Of a stretch of DNA of 64,000 nucleotides, positions 9,321 to 17,464 are shown in pieces. The notes beneath the pieces were generated by a model that saw nothing but the letters and a program-made list of their open reading frames with translations, was not told the origin of the DNA and ran no database searches. Every line of letters starts with the position of its first letter. The first letter of the stretch is position 1. The stretch lies in the NCBI GenBank assembly GCA_963730185.1, contig CAVSQW010000014.1, positions 128,001 to 192,000 on the forward strand, read 5' to 3'. The position numbers were made by a program, and so were the translations under genes. The stretch comes from an uncultured Gemmatimonadales bacterium (GTDB taxonomy: Bacteria; Gemmatimonadota; Gemmatimonadetes; Gemmatimonadales; GWC2-71-9).

Positions 9321-12300
9321 CTAGTGCACCCCGGCCGCCGGGCTCGGTCGCTCGGTGAGGCCGTACGGCGGCTCCGTCTTCCGCTCCCGGGGCCAGACCT
9401 CGTCGAGCGTGTCGCCGTCGTAGAGCCGGCCATTCTTCATCACGTACCGGACCGAGTTGGTGTTCCGGATGTTCTCGAGCGGGTTCCGGTCCATCACGAT
9501 CAGGTCGGCCAGCTTGCCGGGTTCGAGCGAACCCAAGTCGCCGTCGAGGCCCAACGCCTGCGCCCCCGCCAGCGTGGCCATCCGAAGCACATCGTGGATC
9601 GGCATGCCGCCGGAAGCCACCGACCAAAGCTCCCAGTGGTAGCCTAGCCCTTGGAACTCGCCGTGGCTCCCGATCCCGATCTTGCCGCCGGCCTTGACGA
9701 TGTCGGCCGCGACCTTGGCGGTCTTCGAGAAGATGTACTCGTCGTCCATGAACCACCCGCCCGGCGAGATCGGACTCTCGCCGCCCCGGCGGCGGGTCTT
9801 CTGCGCCAGGTGCTCGTAGGGCATGAACCGGCGGACTTTGGGATCGTCGTAGGGGTGTTCCTTGGAGAAGTACCACTCCTCGCCCGAGGGGCCGCCGTAT
9901 TGCACCAGCAGGGTCGGGGTGTACTCGATCCCCGACTTGGCGTAGGCGTTGATCACGTCGGCGTAGAGCGGGACCGTCGGGATGGCGTGCTCCTGGCCGG
10001 GATAGCCGTCGAACAGCATGGTGAGGTCGTACTTGGTGTCGAGCGATCCTTCGGTGGTCGGCGTGATCCGGTTTTCCTTGGCGGCCATGATCACCCACTG
10101 GCGGACCTGGCGGTTCCCCTTGACGTACATCTTGATGTAGTGGGTGTCCCAGTACTTGCTGTAGCGCTCCATCACCTCGCGGGTGTGGTCCAGATCCCGG
10201 AGCTGCTCGAGCCAGTAGCCGATCCCGCTCGCGGTCGAGTAGATCCGGGGCCCGATCGTCTGGCCCGCCTCGACCATGTCGCCGTAGGTCACGACGTCGC
10301 TGCTGGAGGTCTGGGGATCGCGAGTCGTGGTGACGCCGTACGCCAGATTGGCGAGATACATCCAGGGCTGCTCTTTGTGGACGCCCCAGGTGGGCCACAT
10401 GTGGGAGTGGGTATCGACGAACCCGGGCATGATGGTTTTGCCCGCCACGTCGATGACCCGGGCGCCGGCCGGTCCCGAGCCGCTGGGGCCGACGCTCACG
10501 ATCCGGTTGTTGCGGACCACCACGTCGGCGTTCTCGATCACCTCGTCGCCCTTCATGGTGATGGCCCGGGCGCCCCGGAGCACCACGGTGCCCTGGGGAA
10601 TGTCCCGGGGCACCGACACCGCCACCAGGTGCTCGCTGGGCTCGAACTTCCGCTTCGACACCGAGTCCGCGCGGGCCTTCGCCGCCGCGGTCGTGTCGGC
10701 AGCCAGCGCCTTGAGCTCGGTCGCGATCTCTTGATGGAACGACTTCGCGGCGGCGACGTCGACGGCGAAGACGGCGCCGCCCAGGCCCCAGTACACGGTC
10801 CGGGCGTCGGCGCTCCAGGCGGAGAACTCGCCGCCAATCTCGGTGAGCCTGAGCACCGGCACCGAGGCGGCGTTGGGATCCTGGAGCGAGACCCTGGGCA
10901 CCTCTCCGCCGACGGTCGGCACGGTGACCAGGTAGACGTCGTATCCCGACTGGATCATGGCCTGATCGCCGCTCGGCGCCATCACGATCCGATCGGCCGG
11001 GCTCGGCTTGTCCTGGTCGAGGAGCAGCGGCCCGGTGACGGCGAGGTGGCGCTTGAGGTCGGTCCCGTCCCATCGCAGCGAGACCAATCCGCTGTCGCTC
11101 GAGAGGAAGATCCGGCCGGTGTCGCGGGTGAAGTGCGGCCAGCCGCGGCCGAAGGTCGGCGCGATGAGCGTGGCGGCGCCACCGGTGGCCGGGATGGAGA
11201 CGAGATCGATCGCCGTGCCGGGCGCCTCTGGTCCTCCCTCGATCCGCCGCGGCTCAGCGGGGCCCCGCACGACCACGATCCGGCTCCCGTCCGGTGACCA
11301 GGCCGGCTCCTGGTAGGTGGCGAGCGTGGTGGTCAGGACCGCCGGCGGGGCCGAGCCGTCCGATCGGACCTTCGCCACGCTGCCGCCGGCCCGGCGCCAG
11401 GTGACGTAGCCGATCCACTGTCCGTCCGGCGACCAGGTCGGCTGCGCCTCGATCTCGTCGGACCGGGTGAGCCGCCGCGGCGTTCCCGCCGGGTAGTCCA
11501 TCACGTAGAGCCGGTCGAGGGCGGTGAACGCCAACCGTTTCCCGTCGGGCGAGGGGGCCAGATCGCGAATCTGGTGTGCCGCGAACTGGGGGGCGTCGGA
11601 GATCGGGTACTTGAAGCTGAGCTCGGGGCCCAGCGCCATGGTGGTGGTGACGTGGAACGGCACCGCGATCGGCGCGCTCCCGTCGACCGGGATCCGCCAG
11701 ATCTTCCCGCCGTAGGTGGCAACCACCTCCTTGGAGTCCGGCGTGAACGACATCCCGGGATAGGCGTCCCGGCTCCCGATCGCTTCCTGATCGTCGCGCT
11801 GCACCGGGTAAGCGAGCCACCTTTCGTCGCCGGTGGCCATCTCGCGGAGGACCAGACCGGTGTTGGCCTCGAATCGGGAGGCATAGACCATCCACTTCCC
11901 GTCGGGCGAGAGCGTGGGACGGATCCCGGATCCGTAGCGGCTGGTCCGGACCTCCCGCTCGCCGGTCTCGCGATCGTAGACGGCGATCTCGAACTGCGGG
12001 AAGATCGCGTTGTAGTTCCAGGTGCCGGTCCGCTGGGCGAACCAGAGGTAGCGCCCGTCCGGCCCGAACGCGGCGCCGTTGGTCAGCAGGTTGTCCGGCT
12101 TCTTGATCAGCTGGATGCCGGTCCCGCCCTCGACGTGGAACATCCAGAGCTTGCCGGGCTTGAAGACGATGTCGCCGATGGTGACGACGATGTAGTTGCC
12201 GTCCGGCGTCCACTCGGGCGACTCCATCGTCTTGTCGCGGACCTTGGTGATCTGGCGGGTCTCCTTGGTTGCGACGTTCTGGATCCAGACGTTCTCGGCC

Positions 12301-12611
12301 CCGTCGCGGTCGGAGGTGAAGGCGATCCACTGGCCGTCGGGCGAGTAGCGGGGCTGGCCGTCGAACGGCATGCCGCTCGTGATCGGGACGGCGGCGCCCC
12401 CGCCGATCGGCACGGTGTAGAGGTCGCCGAGAAGGTCGAAGACGACGGTGCGGCCGTCGGGGGAGACGTCGACCGAGAGCCAGGAGCCCTCGTCCGTGTC
12501 GACCGCCAGGGTGCGGGTCGGCACCAGGGGGAGGTCTTTGCCCTTGGGCTTCTGGGCGACGGCCAGCTGGGCGGTCACGATCGTCAGGACCACGGCGAGC
12601 GAACGCGTCAT
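9321..12611 (-). CDS. Exported amidohydrolase with N-terminal TolB/PD40 beta-propellers
   Basis: Signal peptide, repeated SPDG motifs, PGFVDTHSH, GSLEPGKLADL. Confidence 0.9.
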   Translation of the reverse strand: MTRSLAVVLTIVTAQLAVAQKPKGKDLPLVPTRTLAVDTDEGSWLSVDVSPDGRTVVFDLLGDLYTVPIGGGAAVPITSGMPFDGQPRYSPDGQWIAFTSDRDGAENVWIQNVATKETRQITKVRDKTMESPEWTPDGNYIVVTIGDIVFKPGKLWMFHVEGGTGIQLIKKPDNLLTNGAAFGPDGRYLWFAQRTGTWNYNAIFPQFEIAVYDRETGEREVRTSRYGSGIRPTLSPDGKWMVYASRFEANTGLVLREMATGDERWLAYPVQRDDQEAIGSRDAYPGMSFTPDSKEVVATYGGKIWRIPVDGSAPIAVPFHVTTTMALGPELSFKYPISDAPQFAAHQIRDLAPSPDGKRLAFTALDRLYVMDYPAGTPRRLTRSDEIEAQPTWSPDGQWIGYVTWRRAGGSVAKVRSDGSAPPAVLTTTLATYQEPAWSPDGSRIVVVRGPAEPRRIEGGPEAPGTAIDLVSIPATGGAATLIAPTFGRGWPHFTRDTGRIFLSSDSGLVSLRWDGTDLKRHLAVTGPLLLDQDKPSPADRIVMAPSGDQAMIQSGYDVYLVTVPTVGGEVPRVSLQDPNAASVPVLRLTEIGGEFSAWSADARTVYWGLGGAVFAVDVAAAKSFHQEIATELKALAADTTAAAKARADSVSKRKFEPSEHLVAVSVPRDIPQGTVVLRGARAITMKGDEVIENADVVVRNNRIVSVGPSGSGPAGARVIDVAGKTIMPGFVDTHSHMWPTWGVHKEQPWMYLANLAYGVTTTRDPQTSSSDVVTYGDMVEAGQTIGPRIYSTASGIGYWLEQLRDLDHTREVMERYSKYWDTHYIKMYVKGNRQVRQWVIMAAKENRITPTTEGSLDTKYDLTMLFDGYPGQEHAIPTVPLYADVINAYAKSGIEYTPTLLVQYGGPSGEEWYFSKEHPYDDPKVRRFMPYEHLAQKTRRRGGESPISPGGWFMDDEYIFSKTAKVAADIVKAGGKIGIGSHGEFQGLGYHWELWSVASGGMPIHDVLRMATLAGAQALGLDGDLGSLEPGKLADLIVMDRNPLENIRNTNSVRYVMKNGRLYDGDTLDEVWPRERKTEPPYGLTERPSPAAGVH

Positions 12612-12693
12612 GGGGGGGCGCCTCTACTGATCGATATGAGGAGGGACGGGGTCGACCTGAAATGTGCTCCGCCGCGCCCCCGTCGGGAAGGGA

Positions 12694-12791
12694 CTACCGG
12701 GCCCGGACCTCGTCCAGCCAGTGCTCGACCACGACGATCGCGCCGCCCCGGGGTCCGGGTGCAGCACCTCGATCGCGACGTCGCGGTCGTG
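12694..12791 (-). pseudogene. Deletion scar of a Ser/Thr protein kinase gene (only N- and C-terminal stubs)
   Basis: HDRDVAIEVLHPDPGAA (subdomain II VAIKVL-like) joined out of frame to IVVVEHWLDEVRAR*, resembling the end of kinase-propeller proteins. Confidence 0.65.
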
Positions 12792-12940
12792 GCATCGGTC
12801 ATTCAGGGTTGGAAAGGCCTTCCGGGCCGCGGAAAACGCGGCCTCGGCGAGGGTCTCGTGCCGTGGGACCTTCGGCAACGGGGACGGTCGAGCCCCCGGC
12901 CTTCGGTCGACCGGGGGCCCGGACCGGAGGGACTTACCGA

Positions 12941-13525
12941 TCAGTCGCCGTGGTGGTGCCCCTCGAACTGGGGATAGAAGCCGAACGAGCTGCCCACCGA
13001 GCGGAAGGCGCCGCCCAGGTGCAGGTTCAGGTCGATGGTCAGGTCCTGGCCGTCGACGACCGTGAACGGCGTCACCGGCACGACCGACGTCCAGCCGCCG
13101 CCCGGCGGGGTCACGGCAACCCGGCCGCCGTTCAGGAGCACCAGCTCGACCTGGGTCATCACGACCACGATCTGGTCATAGTCGCCCGCCGGCAGGGTGC
13201 CGGCCGGAAGCGGCAAGCCGCCGCCCTTGAGCAGGCCGACGACGTCGATCGTCATGGGGAGGTTCAGGCCGAGACTTACCAGCTGCCCGCTGGTATTCCG
13301 AGCCAGGAAGCTGGCGAAGGTGACGTTGGCGGAATCGAGCCGGGCGAGGGCGTCCGAGCCGTTCCGGTCGGCATCGCTCGCGGCCGGGGCCGCGGCGGCC
13401 TGGTTGGTTGCACTCAGGACGACCTGGACGTTGGTGTGGGGGCCGGTCACGCCCGAGCAGGCCAGGGTGGCCAGGAGGGGCGCAACGCCGGCCAGGAGGA
13501 CGCGAATCCGGACAGGGGGGCGCAT
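12941..13525 (-). CDS. DUF4382-like lipoprotein
   Basis: GGAGA SD, lipobox-like TLAC; LPAGDYDQIVVVM and DLTIDLNL resemble DUF4382. Confidence 0.7.
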   Translation of the reverse strand: MRPPVRIRVLLAGVAPLLATLACSGVTGPHTNVQVVLSATNQAAAAPAASDADRNGSDALARLDSANVTFASFLARNTSGQLVSLGLNLPMTIDVVGLLKGGGLPLPAGTLPAGDYDQIVVVMTQVELVLLNGGRVAVTPPGGGWTSVVPVTPFTVVDGQDLTIDLNLHLGGAFRSVGSSFGFYPQFEGHHHGD

Positions 13526-13681
13526 GGTGGTCTCCGTGGAGGTTGGGGAGCTGCTATGCCACGTCTGACGAACCAGACGCCGAGCTCCCCACACGACGCA
13601 GGATTCTGCAGTCTCGATCCGCTCCGGGAGGGCAGCGGAGCGTCGCTCGGTCGAGGTCGGTGAACACCGCGGTGCTGTCTC

Positions 13682-13719
13682 CCAGGCCGGCATGAATCAT
13701 CCAGGGCGGCATGAATCAT
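13682..13719. repeat. Tandem 19-bp direct repeat containing palindrome ATGAnTCAT, putative operator pair
   Basis: ccaggccggcATGAATCAT followed by ccagggcggcATGAATCAT (1 mismatch) between divergent genes. Confidence 0.7.
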
Positions 13720-13800
13720 CGCGAGCCCGGTCGAGTCCCGCGCGGGCAGGTCTGGTCGAATCCTGGTAGCTTCTCAGCCCCACTCCATCGGAACTCGTCA

Positions 13801-15720
13801 ATGATCGCGACCCGACGCCTCGTGCTCGCCGCAGTCGTCGCCATCCCGTTCACCTCGGGCAAGCCCCTCGGTGCTCAGCAGCCGCCGACCATCGACCGAC
13901 TCCAGTCGGTCACGCCCTCGATCGCCGGCGAGCCTGCGGTCTGGTCCGCCGACGGCACGCGGCTCTACTACCTGAACGGAGTGGACGGCGCCCTCTGGTC
14001 GGTACCCGCCGACGGTGGGTTCCCAAGCCTGGTCGCGACCATCGACGGTCGGGCCACCCAGCTCCGCCGCTCGCCAGACGGGGCGATGCTCACCTGGGTC
14101 AAGACCGTATCTGGCGGCACCGACATCTTCGGCTTCGACCTGGCGACCGGACGGGAGCGCCGGATCTCCGCGCTCTCGGGGACGGTGCACTCGTACACGA
14201 TCTCGCCCGACGGCCGCTCGATCGCGCTGGCCGACGACCGGAACGGGAGCGAGGACATCTTCGTGGTGAACGTGGCGTCGGGCGCGGCCGTCCGGATCGT
14301 CGGGAGCCCGCTCTACGAGGTGTTCCCGTCGTGGACTCCTGATAGCCGCCAGGTGCTCTACACCCAGCTCGACTCGCGCTGGGTGGATCACGACGTCTAT
14401 GCGATCGCCCCCGAAGGCGGCCAGGCGCGGCGTTTGTTCGGCGACACCGACTACTTCGACTATCGACAAGGGGCGTCGTTCGGGTTCGTGCAGGTCTCGC
14501 CCGACGGCAAGACCGCGCTGTTCCGCTCCCAACGCAGCGGCTGGGCCAACTACTGGTTGATCCCCGTGGCCGGCGGGGAGCCTCGGCCGCTGGCGGCCGA
14601 GTCGGCCGAGCAGAGCGATGCTCGCTGGTCGCCGGATGGGAGCCAGGTCCTCTTCCTCTCGATGACCAACGGCACTCAGAGCCTGAAGGTGGCGGCTGCG
14701 GGTGGCGCGGCCCGGACGATCGTGGCGCCGGAGACGGGGGTCGTCTCGCGGGCCGAGTGGTCGCCGGACGGGCGGCGGATTGCCTATCAGCTCGCTACGC
14801 CGACCAAGGCCAACGACCTCTATCTGGTCGACGTCGCCGGTGGCTCCGCCCGGCGGCTCACCGCGGCCGACCCGGACGGCTCCCTCGCGGCCAACCTGAT
14901 CGTTCCGGAGAAGATCAGCTGGCCGAACGAGGGCCTCACCATCCACGCCTACCTCTGGCGGCCGAAGACCCTGCGGCCCGGGCAGCGGGCCCCGGTGATC
15001 ATGTACGTCCACGGCGGGCCGACCGGTCAGTTCAGCGACAGTTACTACCTCCAGGCCCAGTTCTTCGCGAGCCGAGGCTACGTGGTGATCGCGCCTAACG
15101 TGCGGGGCAGCTCCGGCTACGGGAAGCGGTTCGAGGACGCCAACAACCGGGACTGGGGCCACGGCGACCTCCGCGACGTGCTGGCCGGGGTCGAGTGGGC
15201 CAAGCGGCAGCCGTACGTCAATCCCGGCAAGATCGGGATCACCGGGATCAGCTACGGCGGGATGATGACGATGTACGCCATCTCCTTCGCGCCCGGCGTG
15301 TTCCAGGCCGCCATTTCGGGCTCGGGCTACGGCGACGTCCGCGACTTCCACGGGATCGTGCCGGTGTTCCAGCACACCCAGCTTCTGAATTACGAGCTGG
15401 GGCCCTGGCCCTCGACGCCCGAGGTCGACTCGATCTACCGGCGGAGCTCGGCGATTCTCAAGGTCCAGGACGCGACCGCGCCGGCCTTCCTGATCCATGG
15501 ATACGGGCTCAACGTGCTGGACACCGACTACGCGGCCTGGAAGTACGCCCGGGCGCTGGCGCAGCAGGGTAAGCTGGTCGAGTACAAGAAGTACCCGGGC
15601 GAGACGTACTACGTCTACGGCCGGGAGAACTACCAGGAGATGCTGGGCGACATGCTGGAGTTCTTCGACCGGTACCTCAAGGACAACTCGACCGACGCGA
15701 CCGCGAAGCCGCCCCGCTAG
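13801..15720 (+). CDS. S9-family peptidase-like protein with PD40 propeller; catalytic His position atypical
   Basis: Signal peptide, WSPDG repeats, VHGGP, NVRGSSGYG, GISYGG elbow; C-terminal HGYGL and YPGETYY. Confidence 0.88.
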   Translation: MIATRRLVLAAVVAIPFTSGKPLGAQQPPTIDRLQSVTPSIAGEPAVWSADGTRLYYLNGVDGALWSVPADGGFPSLVATIDGRATQLRRSPDGAMLTWVKTVSGGTDIFGFDLATGRERRISALSGTVHSYTISPDGRSIALADDRNGSEDIFVVNVASGAAVRIVGSPLYEVFPSWTPDSRQVLYTQLDSRWVDHDVYAIAPEGGQARRLFGDTDYFDYRQGASFGFVQVSPDGKTALFRSQRSGWANYWLIPVAGGEPRPLAAESAEQSDARWSPDGSQVLFLSMTNGTQSLKVAAAGGAARTIVAPETGVVSRAEWSPDGRRIAYQLATPTKANDLYLVDVAGGSARRLTAADPDGSLAANLIVPEKISWPNEGLTIHAYLWRPKTLRPGQRAPVIMYVHGGPTGQFSDSYYLQAQFFASRGYVVIAPNVRGSSGYGKRFEDANNRDWGHGDLRDVLAGVEWAKRQPYVNPGKIGITGISYGGMMTMYAISFAPGVFQAAISGSGYGDVRDFHGIVPVFQHTQLLNYELGPWPSTPEVDSIYRRSSAILKVQDATAPAFLIHGYGLNVLDTDYAAWKYARALAQQGKLVEYKKYPGETYYVYGRENYQEMLGDMLEFFDRYLKDNSTDATAKPPR

Positions 15721-16925
15721 TTGGGCCAGCCCTCCTGCGGCAGCCCCGGCGTGATCTTGAGCGCGTTGGCGAAGTACACCTTCTTCAGGACCGAGTCCGG
15801 GAGGTCGATCCCGTAGAGCTTCCAGGTGGCGTGGTAGTCCCGGTAGTAGGGGAAGTAGTCGTCCCGGGTCTCGAACACCCGCCAGTAGTAGGGATACTCC
15901 TCTGGCTGGAAGGAGTCCTTTCCGAAGAGGATCCGGTCCTGGAACTCGATAAAGAAGTCGTGCGCGGCCCGGGGTTGGCGGCCGATGTCGTAGAGGACCG
16001 CTCCGACCTCGGTGTAGACATTCGGCAACTCCCGGAGCAGCCGGCCGAGCCGGCCCAGGTCGTTGGCCTCCCAGCCCAGATGGGCGACCACGAAGGTCGT
16101 CTTGGGGTGGCGGCGCAGCAGGTTGTCGCGTTCTCTCAGGAGCTCTTCGAAGGCCGGAAACTTGTCGGCCGGGTAGCGCCGGTTGGGGAAGAGGGCCAGC
16201 TCGAGCCAGCGCTCGTTGTGGTCGTCGATCGGTTCCCAGAACTGCTCCGGATCGGCGGTATGGATGAACACCGGGATTCCGAGGCGGGCGGCCGCGTCCC
16301 AGATCGGGTCGAGCGCGGGGTCGTCGATGGCCAGGCGGGTGCCGTCGGCTTTCGTGATGCTGAGCCCCAGGCTCTTGCTGATCTCGCCAATGCCCACCGC
16401 GCCCGCTTTCACGTCCGCCTCGAGCTCTGCCACCGCCCGCTCCGCCCAACCCGGTCCGACATTCTTGAAGTCGATCCCGGCCAGGAACCGGACCCGGTCC
16501 TTCATCGCGGCGGAGCCGTTGACCACCGCGGCCTGCTTCACGAGGTTGTCGCCGGAGACGTCGTTGGCCGCCACGATCAGCCGGACGCCGACACTGTCGA
16601 GCCCGGCCTCGAGCCTGGCGAGCCCGGCGGCATCGTTCAGCAGGCCGAAGGGATGGCCATGAAAGTCGATGGCCGGGAACTTGGCGCGGGGCACCATATG
16701 GACGTCCGTCACCAGGGTGGACCGGGGGCGGTAGTCCACGATGCTGGGGACGGGCAGAGTCGGCGCCTGACAGAGGCGAGGTCGGATCTCGGTCATCCCG
16801 GCCGGACACTCCTCGCCGGGCCCGATCCGGACCCCTCGGTTGCCCCCTCCCGGCCCTTGTGCCAAGAGCCCGGACGCGGTCAGGACCGCCAAGGCGAGCG
16901 AGCTGATCGTGCGAAGAACGGGCAT
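15717..16925 (-). CDS. Amidohydrolase_2 family protein, exported
   Basis: GGAGG SD before ATG 16925, signal peptide, IDFHGH, PVFIHTAD, VVAHLG, RILFGKD. Confidence 0.88.
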   Translation of the reverse strand: MPVLRTISSLALAVLTASGLLAQGPGGGNRGVRIGPGEECPAGMTEIRPRLCQAPTLPVPSIVDYRPRSTLVTDVHMVPRAKFPAIDFHGHPFGLLNDAAGLARLEAGLDSVGVRLIVAANDVSGDNLVKQAAVVNGSAAMKDRVRFLAGIDFKNVGPGWAERAVAELEADVKAGAVGIGEISKSLGLSITKADGTRLAIDDPALDPIWDAAARLGIPVFIHTADPEQFWEPIDDHNERWLELALFPNRRYPADKFPAFEELLRERDNLLRRHPKTTFVVAHLGWEANDLGRLGRLLRELPNVYTEVGAVLYDIGRQPRAAHDFFIEFQDRILFGKDSFQPEEYPYYWRVFETRDDYFPYYRDYHATWKLYGIDLPDSVLKKVYFANALKITPGLPQEGWPN

Positions 16926-17066
16926 CGGGCCTCCGGATCGAGAGGTCCGGAATCTGCCCGGGTCCGGGGCGGGTGTGAAGCGACGGGAGCCGCTCCGACC
17001 GGGTCGGGCAGGCCGGTCCCGATCCGCGGCGCCTGACGCGAGGCTCGGTGGCCGGTCGGGGGGAAT

Positions 17067-17085
17067 TGTGATTCTCGAAATCACA
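17067..17085. promoter_or_regulatory. AT-rich palindrome TGTGATT-N5-AATCACA, putative TF site
   Basis: Perfect 7-bp inverted repeat in an AT-rich spot of the divergent intergenic region. Confidence 0.55.
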
Positions 17086-17150
17086 TTTGGGTCGGTGAGG
17101 GCCCGGCCCACCCACCGGCAGCCCGTTCCTGAATCAGAGGAAAGCTGGCT

Positions 17151-17383
17151 TTACCGCTGCTCGACGACCAACGTCACCGCTTGCGCTTCGGGCGGGTCCC
17201 CGCGTGAGGTGGCTCGGACGGTAACGGTTCCGGCTGCAGTCCGACCGCCCATGCGGCCGAGTCGTTGGAGAGCCGGAGCCGGACCAGTTCGGGTGGCATT
17301 GCGTCCCAGTCGAACGCCGGCAACACCGGACAGCCGGGGTCGGGGTTGACCCGAGCCGTGAATTGGAGGGAATCGCCGACCGC
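17151..17383 (-). pseudogene. Frameshifted bacterial Ig-like (Big_2-type) domain fragment
   Basis: VGDSLQFTARV...FDW...AVGLQP, shift near 17230, then GTVTVRATSRGDP...VTLVVEQR*. Confidence 0.55.
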
Positions 17384-17464
17384 CGGGTATCGTGGGCGCC
17401 CGGCTCGCCCGGCTCGCCCGGCGTCCGGCCCGGCAGTACCTTCGAGCATCCCTTCGAGGCCACC

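Noticed and set aside
13798..17115. Long antisense and alternative-frame ORFs (also 2112..3926, 26820..29576, 53856..55664, 61851..63986)
   Set aside because: Shadow ORFs expected at high GC; they overlap well-supported genes and lack motifs. Only the last 118 aa of 26820..29576 looks real.
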